Positions 57,076 to 64,000 of a stretch of 64,000 nucleotides of DNA are shown piece by piece; the stretch's first letter is position 1; each line of letters starts with the position of its first letter. The DNA lies in the NCBI GenBank assembly GCA_034436195.1, contig DAOTWS010000176.1:113-64112 (forward strand). The letters run 5' to 3'. Origin of the DNA: Anaerolineae bacterium (lineage in GTDB: Bacteria; Chloroflexota; Anaerolineae; Promineifilales; Promineifilaceae). The notes beneath the pieces were generated by a model. That model searched no databases. It had not been told where the DNA came from and was given only the letters and a program-made list of their open reading frames with translations. Both the position numbers and the translations under genes were made by a program.

Positions 57076-58371
57076 TCACTCATCCACCCGTTCAATCTTT
57101 GCCCCAAGCGCCTGCAATTTATACTCAATCCGCTCATACCCCCGATCAATTTGCCGGATATTATGAATTGTACTCGTCCCCTCCGCACACAACGCCGCCA
57201 ACACCATCGCCATTCCCGCCCGAATATCCGGGCTAGGCACACCATGCGGACTCGCATACAACTGACTACGCCCTTGCACAATAACCCGATGCGGATCACA
57301 CAACACAATCCGCGCCCCCATAAACGTCAGATTATCCACAAAGAAAAACCGACTCTCATACATCCAGTCATGCAACAACACCGATCCTTCCGATTGCGTC
57401 GCAATCACCACAGCAATACTCATCAAATCTGGGGGAAAACCCGGCCAGGGCATGGGCTTGATCTCTGGAATACGACCACTCAACGCCGGTTGAATCCGCA
57501 AAGGCTGATTAGCAGGCACAATCACATCATTACCATCCACTTCCCATACAACACCCAGCTTCTCATATACCAGACGAATCATAGCCAGATTGTGTGGATC
57601 GGCGTTTTTGATGCGAATCTCGCCACCGGTAATAGCCGCCGCCCCAATAAAACTACCAACCTCCATAAAATCAGCACCAATGGTGTACTCACCGCCAGAA
57701 AGCCGTTCAACACCCTGAATGTGCAACCGGTTTGTACCAATTCCCTCAATTTTTGCCCCTAACTGATTCAAGAAATAGCACAAATCACGTACATGAGGCT
57801 CAGATGCAGCATTGTCAATAATGGTTTCTCCGGGAGCCAAAACAGCAGCCATGATGACGTTTTCGGTAGCGGTCACACTGGCTTCAGCCTGCAACAAATA
57901 GCCCGCTCCTTGCAATTGGTTGGTGTGCATCCTGAAAATGCCGCGATTAACCAGCTCGACTTGTACGCCTAACGCTTTTAACCCCTGTACATGGGTATCC
58001 AGAGGTCGGCCACCAATCACATCACCACCGGGCAACGGCAGGGTGACCTGCCCCATGCGGGCGATCATTGGCCCGGAAAACACAAATGAGGCGCGGGTAC
58101 GAGCAGCCAAAATGCTATCTAGTTCTGTTTTGCGTATATTTTGGGCATGAACACGCCAACTTCCTGGTCGTAGTTCGGTTACTTCTACACCCAGATCGCG
58201 CAAAATGAGGATGGTGTTTCGCACGTCCCGAATATCTGGAATGTTATGTAAAATAACCGGCTCGTCGGTAAGTAAACAAGCTGGCAAAAGTTTGAGGGCA
58301 GCGTTTTTGTTGCCGCTGGCTGTAATGGTTCCTTTGAGGGGATATCCCCCTTCAATTACAAATTTGCTCAT
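57076..58371 (-). CDS. murA: UDP-N-acetylglucosamine 1-carboxyvinyltransferase
   Basis: MSKFVIEGGYPLKGTITASGNKNAALKLLPACLL...RPLDTHV...CDPHR. The upstream ATG at 58419 is a possible alternative start. Confidence 0.93.
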   Translation of the reverse strand: MSKFVIEGGYPLKGTITASGNKNAALKLLPACLLTDEPVILHNIPDIRDVRNTILILRDLGVEVTELRPGSWRVHAQNIRKTELDSILAARTRASFVFSGPMIARMGQVTLPLPGGDVIGGRPLDTHVQGLKALGVQVELVNRGIFRMHTNQLQGAGYLLQAEASVTATENVIMAAVLAPGETIIDNAASEPHVRDLCYFLNQLGAKIEGIGTNRLHIQGVERLSGGEYTIGADFMEVGSFIGAAAITGGEIRIKNADPHNLAMIRLVYEKLGVVWEVDGNDVIVPANQPLRIQPALSGRIPEIKPMPWPGFPPDLMSIAVVIATQSEGSVLLHDWMYESRFFFVDNLTFMGARIVLCDPHRVIVQGRSQLYASPHGVPSPDIRAGMAMVLAALCAEGTSTIHNIRQIDRGYERIEYKLQALGAKIERVDE

Positions 58372-58485
58372 GGTTTTTTTCCGTGTTTTTTGTCTGGATT
58401 GTAACGGGGGGTGGGACATGGGGCAACCAACAGATGGGGGATTTTATTCTTTGCCATGTTGCTGGTAAATGGATACACTTTGGAT

Positions 58486-59262
58486 ATGCCTTTTATTAAG
58501 TTGGGAAATCAGGATTTATTTTTTGCACAACATATTCCTCGCAATGCGAAGCAGGTATTGATTTTGGTACATGGGGCAGGTGGTTCGCATCTGGATTGGC
58601 CGGCAGAGGTGCGGCGTTTGCCAGAAACGGCCGTTTTTGCTCTGGATCTGCCCGGACACGGCCGTTCATCTAAACCGGGTCGTACCAGTGTCTCAGGCTA
58701 TGCCCAAATTGTCCACGAGTTCATCGAAACCCTTTACCTGGAAAATGTTGTCGTTGCCGGTCATTCGATGGGTGGAGCCATTGCGCAAACGATTGGCTTA
58801 CGGCAATTGCCCCAGGTTGCTGGCCTGATTCTTGTGGGCACAGGTGCTCGTCTGCGTGTTACCGACGCGATATTGGGGAGTATTTTGCGTGATTTTGATG
58901 CCGCTGTGCAGACAATTACCCAATTAGCCTGGGCACCTGATGCACCACCGGAATTGGTGGCCAAGGGGAAGGAGATGTTGGCCCACAATGACCCCAATGT
59001 ATTATTTGGTGATTACAACGCCTGCAACCAATTTGATGTTATGAATCAACTGGGCAAAATCAATGTGCCTGTGCTAGTGATTAGCGGCACAGCAGACCAG
59101 CTGACACCGATGAAATACGGCCGTTACCTGGCCGACAACATTCCCCATGCCCAACTCGTCACCATTGACGGGGGTGGACACATGATGGCCCTTGAACAAC
59201 CTCAGGCTGTGGCACAAGCCATCACCAAATTCCTGAACACACTCAAAACATCCAAACATTAA
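58486..59262 (+). CDS. alpha/beta hydrolase
   Basis: LILVHGAGGS, nucleophile elbow VVAGHSMGGAIA, and GGHMMALEQP. Confidence 0.85.
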   Translation: MPFIKLGNQDLFFAQHIPRNAKQVLILVHGAGGSHLDWPAEVRRLPETAVFALDLPGHGRSSKPGRTSVSGYAQIVHEFIETLYLENVVVAGHSMGGAIAQTIGLRQLPQVAGLILVGTGARLRVTDAILGSILRDFDAAVQTITQLAWAPDAPPELVAKGKEMLAHNDPNVLFGDYNACNQFDVMNQLGKINVPVLVISGTADQLTPMKYGRYLADNIPHAQLVTIDGGGHMMALEQPQAVAQAITKFLNTLKTSKH

Positions 59263-59272
59263 GGCAAGTCCC

Positions 59273-61399
59273 ATGAGCTTAAAAACCGATCCCACACTTT
59301 CCCCCTTTTTCACACCAAAGGGTGTTGTTCTCGTTGGTGCATCCCAAAATCCTGCCAAACTCGGTTTTGGTCTGGCACGAAACCTTGTTCAGAGCGGATA
59401 TCGGGGTGCCATTCATTTTGTTAGCCCACGTGGGGGCACCTTGCTGGAACGCCCCATTTACACCAGCATTGCGGCTGTGCCCGATCCGGCAGACCTGGCT
59501 GTACTCCTCATTCCGGCACCAGTTGTCCCACAAGCATTACAAGAATGTGGTAAACGAGGAATTCGTGCAGTTATCATTGCCTCTGGTGGTTTTCGGGAAA
59601 CTGGTGCAGAAGGAGCGGCTCTGGAAACGCAATGTTTACAAATTGCGCGCACATATGGTATTCGTCTGGTTGGGCCAAACTGTATTGGTATCCTGGATAC
59701 TCATGTGCCCATTGATACAACCTTTTTGCCACCACCCGGCCCCACCCCAGGAGATGTGGCTTTCATTTCACATTCAGGGGCAATTTGTGCGGCTGTTATT
59801 GACTGGGCACGCGGACAGGGGTTTGGTCTTTCTCGCCTGGTTAGCCTGGGTAATCAGGTGGATGTGCAGGAAACAGATATGCTGGCGCCGGTAGCATCTG
59901 ATCCATATACGCATGTTATTACGTTGTATCTGGAAGGAGTAAGTGACGGCCGTCGCTTTGTGGCCGAAGCTGCCAGGGTGACGCGGGAGAAACCTATTGT
60001 TGCTCTGAAAGTCGGCCGTTTTGCCAGCGGCCAAAAGGCTGTTGCCTCTCATACTGGGGCATTGGCCGGTCAGGAATCAGCTTTTGATGCCGCATTCCGG
60101 CGGGCTGGCGTTATTCGAGCCGACACCAGCGAAGAACTGTTTGACTGGGCACGTGCATTGGCCTGGTGTCCACCACCAAAGGGGCGACGTGTGGCCGTCC
60201 TGACCAACGCTGGTGGGCCTGGTGTAACAGCAGCAGATGCACTGGAAGCTCACAAGCTGGAACTAGCCGAATTGACACCAGAAACAGTAACCGCTCTGAA
60301 AGAGATTTTGCCCCCAGCAGCCAGTTTGCGAAATCCTGTTGATATGCTGGCTGGTGCTACTCCGACACAGTATGCTGAATGTTTGCGTATTTTGCTGGCC
60401 GATCCAAATGTGGACAGTGTGTTAATGATTTTGCCGCCACCTCCAATGGATTCAGCGGGTGGTGTTGCCCGGGCCACAATTCCGATTATCTATGCGGCAA
60501 CCAAACCGGTTGTGGTGGCGCTGATGGGCGAACGGATGATTCAGGAAGCTGTAGAGCATTTTCGGGCAGCAAAGGTGCCCGAATATCGGTTTCCGGAACG
60601 GGCAGCAGCGGCGCTGGCTATGTTAACGGCACGGGCAGATTATTTGCAGAAGCCGCCTCAGGAAGCGGTGCGGGTGACAGATGTGGACAAGGCTTGTGTA
60701 GCGCGGTTGTTGGCTGAATATGAAATATCGCTGGAAAATGGCGGTTTTTTGCCACAAACGGCCGTTTCCCAAATCATGACAGCATATGGCATCCCGGTGC
60801 CACCCGTCGTGCTGGCACACACACCCGAAGAAGCTGTACACCTCGCTCGTCAGTTTGGCCAACCTGTCGCCCTCAAAGTAGCTTCGCCTGACATCCCGCA
60901 TAAATCGGATGTTGGTGGGGTACTGTTACATCTTATGGGAGACGAAGCAGTAGCTCGTGGCTTTGAACAAGTGGTGACTAATGCACGTACGGCTGCGCCA
61001 ACGGCCGTTATCCAGGGCGTCCACATTCAACCAATGATCCTGGACGGCCAGGAAGTAATTGTAGGTGCTGTCCAAGACCCTCAATTTGGCCCGTTACTGA
61101 TGTTCGGCTCGGGCGGAGTAGAAGTGGAAGGACTAAAAGATGTAGCATTTTCGCTAGCCCCACCCACACAAGCAGAAGCAGATTATTTGCTGGCAAGCAC
61201 ATGGGCAGGACGGAAACTGGATGGATACCGGCAAATACCCGAAGGAGACAAAATGGCCGTGCTCGACATCATCTACCGACTAGGGCAACTCGCCGCCGAC
61301 TTCCCCCAACTTGCCGAAATAGAAATCAACCCCCTGCGCGTCCTGGAAAAAGGAAAAGGCGCATACGCCATTGACATACGCGCCCGCCTCAAACCATAA
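59273..61399 (+). CDS. ADP-forming acetate/acyl-CoA ligase, fused alpha-beta (CoA-binding, CoA-ligase, ATP-grasp)
   Basis: FFTPKGVVLVGASQNPAKLG...GPNCIGIL...SHSGA...VASHTGALAG, with a C-terminal ATP-grasp region (VALKVASPDIPHKSDVGGV). Confidence 0.88.
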   Translation: MSLKTDPTLSPFFTPKGVVLVGASQNPAKLGFGLARNLVQSGYRGAIHFVSPRGGTLLERPIYTSIAAVPDPADLAVLLIPAPVVPQALQECGKRGIRAVIIASGGFRETGAEGAALETQCLQIARTYGIRLVGPNCIGILDTHVPIDTTFLPPPGPTPGDVAFISHSGAICAAVIDWARGQGFGLSRLVSLGNQVDVQETDMLAPVASDPYTHVITLYLEGVSDGRRFVAEAARVTREKPIVALKVGRFASGQKAVASHTGALAGQESAFDAAFRRAGVIRADTSEELFDWARALAWCPPPKGRRVAVLTNAGGPGVTAADALEAHKLELAELTPETVTALKEILPPAASLRNPVDMLAGATPTQYAECLRILLADPNVDSVLMILPPPPMDSAGGVARATIPIIYAATKPVVVALMGERMIQEAVEHFRAAKVPEYRFPERAAAALAMLTARADYLQKPPQEAVRVTDVDKACVARLLAEYEISLENGGFLPQTAVSQIMTAYGIPVPPVVLAHTPEEAVHLARQFGQPVALKVASPDIPHKSDVGGVLLHLMGDEAVARGFEQVVTNARTAAPTAVIQGVHIQPMILDGQEVIVGAVQDPQFGPLLMFGSGGVEVEGLKDVAFSLAPPTQAEADYLLASTWAGRKLDGYRQIPEGDKMAVLDIIYRLGQLAADFPQLAEIEINPLRVLEKGKGAYAIDIRARLKP

Positions 61400-61408
61400 C
61401 CGAATGTT

Positions 61409-62020
61409 TCATCCCAATTCCCGAATCACTCGCTGTAAAAGCGGCGCAATTTGCCGCAAAGCTCGACCACGATGACTGATTTGATGCTTTACAGACGATG
61501 GCAACTCAGCCATCGTCTTCTTTCTCTCCGGCAAATAAAAAACAGGATCATACCCAAACCCCCCTTCTCCGGCAGGCTCCAGGGCAATCATCCCCTCACA
61601 CACACCTTCGGCCGTTCCCAAAAGCACCCCACCAACACCCGCCAAAGCAATCACACACCGAAAACGCGCCCCCCGTTTCGCCCACGGCACATCTGCCAAA
61701 CGCATCAACAACAAACGATACCGCTCCTCATGAGACAACCCTTCTCCACCAAACCGCGCCGTATAAACGCCAGGCGCACCACCCAAAGCATCCACCTCCA
61801 AACCCGAATCATCTGCCAACGTCAACAAACCCGTCAGTCTTGCATACGCTTGCGCCTTCAAAATCGCATTCTCTGCAAACGTGCTCCCCGTCTCTGGCAC
61901 ATCTTCTGTAACTCCCACATCATCCAAATTGCACCAACTCACATCCAATTCTGACAACATTTCCGCGTATTCCCGCACCTTTCCCTTATTGTGCGTCGCT
62001 ACCAACAGCTTCACATTCAT
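61409..62020 (-). CDS. rdgB: dITP/XTP pyrophosphatase (RdgB/HAM1)
   Basis: KLLVATHNKGKVREY...ETGSTFAENAILKA...ADDSGLEVDALGGAPGVYTARF...GFGYDPVF. RBS GGGAGG. Confidence 0.92.
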   Translation of the reverse strand: MNVKLLVATHNKGKVREYAEMLSELDVSWCNLDDVGVTEDVPETGSTFAENAILKAQAYARLTGLLTLADDSGLEVDALGGAPGVYTARFGGEGLSHEERYRLLLMRLADVPWAKRGARFRCVIALAGVGGVLLGTAEGVCEGMIALEPAGEGGFGYDPVFYLPERKKTMAELPSSVKHQISHRGRALRQIAPLLQRVIRELG

Positions 62021-62067
62021 CCTGCCTCCCAAACTTGTGAGTAAATTACCCTCTTTTGAACGAACTA

Positions 62068-62076
62068 TGCTATACT
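62068..62076 (+). promoter_or_regulatory. extended -10 element TGCTATACT upstream of yceD
   Basis: TGn plus TATACT, 40 nt upstream of the ATG at 62116. No clear -35. Confidence 0.35.
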
Positions 62077-62115
62077 GAATTGCTTAATTTTACAGAAAAG
62101 AAGGAAATAAGACCG

Positions 62116-62634
62116 ATGGGTATCAATCACCTTTCCCGGTTACGTTTCAATTTCGGCTTTCTTCTGGAAGCTGCTATGGGAACCAGTCGTGAAATCGAAC
62201 TGGCTTACCCAACAATTCAGATAGAAGAAGTCACATTAACACCATTACGGGGCAAATTCCAGGCCACCCGTACTTCAGAAGGCATCTATCTGACGGGTAC
62301 ATTGTACAGTACAATTCCGACAGAATGCGTTCGCTGCCTGGAAACAATGAACCTGAATATTACGATTCAACTGGATGAATTGTTTTATCATCCACCATTT
62401 GGCGCACCAGAAGGAGCGTCTGTCATTGGCGACAGTGGGATTATTGATCTGGAACCACTGGTACGGGAGTTGGCCTTACTGGAGGTGCCAATGCAACCAA
62501 TTTGTCGTCCAGATTGTCAGGGATTGTGTATGGAGTGTGGGCACAATCTGAATCTGGGTGATTGTGGATGTGAGGAAGATGACATCGATCCTCGTTTGTC
62601 TATTCTGCAGCAATTACTGAAGGGAGAAGAGTAG
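62116..62634 (+). CDS. YceD-family (DUF177) protein
   Basis: CVRCLE...CRPDCQGLCMECGHNLNLGDCGC. Confidence 0.85.
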   Translation: MGINHLSRLRFNFGFLLEAAMGTSREIELAYPTIQIEEVTLTPLRGKFQATRTSEGIYLTGTLYSTIPTECVRCLETMNLNITIQLDELFYHPPFGAPEGASVIGDSGIIDLEPLVRELALLEVPMQPICRPDCQGLCMECGHNLNLGDCGCEEDDIDPRLSILQQLLKGEE

Positions 62635-62659
62635 ATTCGTCCTTTTTCACGGTTAGGGT

Positions 62660-63922
62660 ATGTTTTACGACAAAGCTAAAATTTATATTAAGAGTGGTGA
62701 TGGCGGCGATGGCATGATTAGCTTTCGCCGCGAAAAGTATGTGCCGTTTGGTGGGCCAGATGGTGGCGATGGTGGTCACGGGGGGGATATTGTCTTTGTG
62801 GCTGATAATAATTTGAGCAGTCTGGTGCGCTATCATCGCCAGGTTCATTTTCGGGCAGGCAGTGGCAAGCATGGGGGTAAGTCACGTAAGACTGGGGCAA
62901 ATGGGGAGTCTTTGCGGTTGCCTGTGCCTGTAGGAACTATTATTCGTCATGCAGAAACAGGTGAAATACTGGCAGACTTGACGGAGCATGGGCAGGAAGT
63001 GGTGATATTGCGTGGGGGACGGGGTGGTCGAGGTAATATTCATTTTGCCAATAGTGTTAATCAGGCGCCACGTTTGGCCGAGCGGGGTGAACCTGGTGAG
63101 GAAATGTGGGTTACTCTGGAGCTGAAGTTGATTGCGGATGTGGGGATTGTGGGTGTGCCCAATGCCGGGAAGTCTACTCTTTTGTCAGTGGTGAGTGCGG
63201 CCAAGCCGAAAATTGCCAATTATCCGTTTACTACGTTGCAGCCCAATCTGGGGGTGGTGACGCTGGATGATTATGAAACGATGGTGTTGGCAGATATTCC
63301 CGGATTGATTGAGGGGGCTGCAGAAGGTGTGGGGCTGGGACATGATTTTTTGCGTCATATTGAGCGAACGCGGGTGTTGATTCATTTGCTGGATGGGGCG
63401 GCTCAGGATCCGTTGGAGGATTGGGCAATGGTGAATCAGGAGTTGGCGTTGTATGATGTGGCGCTGGAGAAGAAGCCGCAGTTGGTGGTGTTGAATAAGA
63501 TTGATTTACCGGATGCGCAAGCGTGGGAGCCGTTGGTGAAGGAGGCGGTAACGAAGGCGGGGTTTAAGTTTTGTTCGATTTCGGCCGTTACTGGTCAGGG
63601 TGTGCGCGATATGTTGTACCGTGTGAAGAGGATGCTTGATGCTGCTCCACGGCCTAAGCTTTTTGTGGAGGAGGTTGCAGTCATTCGTCCGGAAATTGAT
63701 GAGGATGTGTTTACGATTGAACGAGAGGAGGATGGCTGGCGTGTGCGTGGTAAAAAGATTGAGCGTATTGCAGCCATGACTTATTTTGAGTTTGATGCCA
63801 CATTGATGCGTTTTCAGCGAATTTTGGATAGTATGGGGATTACAGAGGCGTTGGAGGCGGCGGGGGTGCAGCCGGGTGATACGGTTTATATTGGTGATCA
63901 GGTTTTGGAGTGGAGCGAATAG
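62660..63922 (+). CDS. obg: GTPase Obg/CgtA
   Basis: [42 protein letters not shown]...[11 protein letters not shown]...DIPGLIEGA...NKID..., with a C-terminal OCT domain. Confidence 0.96.
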   Translation: MFYDKAKIYIKSGDGGDGMISFRREKYVPFGGPDGGDGGHGGDIVFVADNNLSSLVRYHRQVHFRAGSGKHGGKSRKTGANGESLRLPVPVGTIIRHAETGEILADLTEHGQEVVILRGGRGGRGNIHFANSVNQAPRLAERGEPGEEMWVTLELKLIADVGIVGVPNAGKSTLLSVVSAAKPKIANYPFTTLQPNLGVVTLDDYETMVLADIPGLIEGAAEGVGLGHDFLRHIERTRVLIHLLDGAAQDPLEDWAMVNQELALYDVALEKKPQLVVLNKIDLPDAQAWEPLVKEAVTKAGFKFCSISAVTGQGVRDMLYRVKRMLDAAPRPKLFVEEVAVIRPEIDEDVFTIEREEDGWRVRGKKIERIAAMTYFEFDATLMRFQRILDSMGITEALEAAGVQPGDTVYIGDQVLEWSE

Positions 63923-64000
63923 GTTTATTGGGGGGAACGTTTGATCCGCCACATGTGGGGCATTTGTGGCTGGCGGAAACGGCTCGTGATCAGTTGGCTT
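63910..64000 (+). CDS. nadD: nicotinate-nucleotide adenylyltransferase, 5' end (runs off the window)
   Basis: The GTG at 63910 overlaps the obg stop by 13 nt. The frame reads (M)[29 protein letters not shown]. Confidence 0.75.
   Translation, partial: MERIGLLGGTFDPPHVGHLWLAETARDQLA

Larger units (their letters stand above)
703..61008. repeat. dispersed highly iterated palindrome ACGGCCGT (81 exact copies, hand tally); consensus (G)(A)AACGGCCGTT(T)(C)
   Basis: Positions are listed in the first finding. 42 of 81 are AACGGCCGTT, 17 are AAACGGCCGTTT and 5 are GAAACGGCCGTTTC. An 18-nt perfect palindrome lies at 19556-19573. Confidence 0.9.

Noticed and set aside
53138-58371. Replication origin next to the rpmH-rnpA-yidC-jag cluster.
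   Set aside because: There is no dnaA or dnaN gene, no AT-rich unwinding region and no cluster of DnaA boxes. The only TTATCCACA I saw (57332-57340) is a single copy inside murA.
703-61008. ACGGCCGT copies as REP/MITE-type mobile repeats or as transcription terminators.
   Set aside because: The conserved unit is only 8-14 bp, the flanks are unrelated, and most copies are in frame inside conserved coding sequence. No T-tracts follow them. They are not insertions and cannot act as intrinsic terminators.

Overview
This is a 64-kb stretch of a bacterial chromosome, roughly 50-55 % GC by eye. Multidomain secreted proteins with Pro/Thr linkers, lipoprotein-type solute-binding proteins and TGn-extended -10 promoters give an unverified Chloroflexota-like impression. 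I can support about 60 protein-coding genes. I found no rRNA, tRNA, CRISPR array, transposase or integrase.

**Gene content**
- 0.2-18.6 kb looks accessory. It holds a NarL-type sensor kinase and response regulator, a paralogous membrane pseudo-receiver, and a 1620-aa secreted beta-helix protein. It also holds three tandem multicopper-oxidase (MCO) paralogues, a His-rich anchored protein, CopC, a CopC-CopD fusion and a PKD/vWA protein.
- The rest is housekeeping: PPK2, panD/panE/panC (panB lies 19 kb away), a TolB-like propeller, three tandem Hsp20 genes, CDP-sugar genes, mtnA, yvcK and gap.
- Further housekeeping genes: a SulP-STAS-rhodanese fusion, glpX, a phnDCEE transporter, a sugar ABC transporter, a serine-pathway cluster, jag-yidC-(PQQ propeller)-yidD-rnpA-rpmH, murA, an ADP-forming acyl-CoA synthetase, rdgB, yceD, obg and the start of nadD.

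**Most unusual signals**
1. The palindrome ACGGCCGT occurs 81 times by hand tally, against about 1 expected. It lies in all reading frames, on both strands and in intergenic DNA.
2. At most of these palindromes the top strand switches sharply from G>C on the left to C>G on the right, regardless of gene orientation. This gives a sawtooth of local GC skew.
3. The copper ligands of the three MCO paralogues are split so that a complete type-1 plus trinuclear centre exists only across two polypeptides. The third paralogue has no ligands, which suggests a heteromeric two-domain MCO.

All functional calls come from motifs read by eye. No database search was run.
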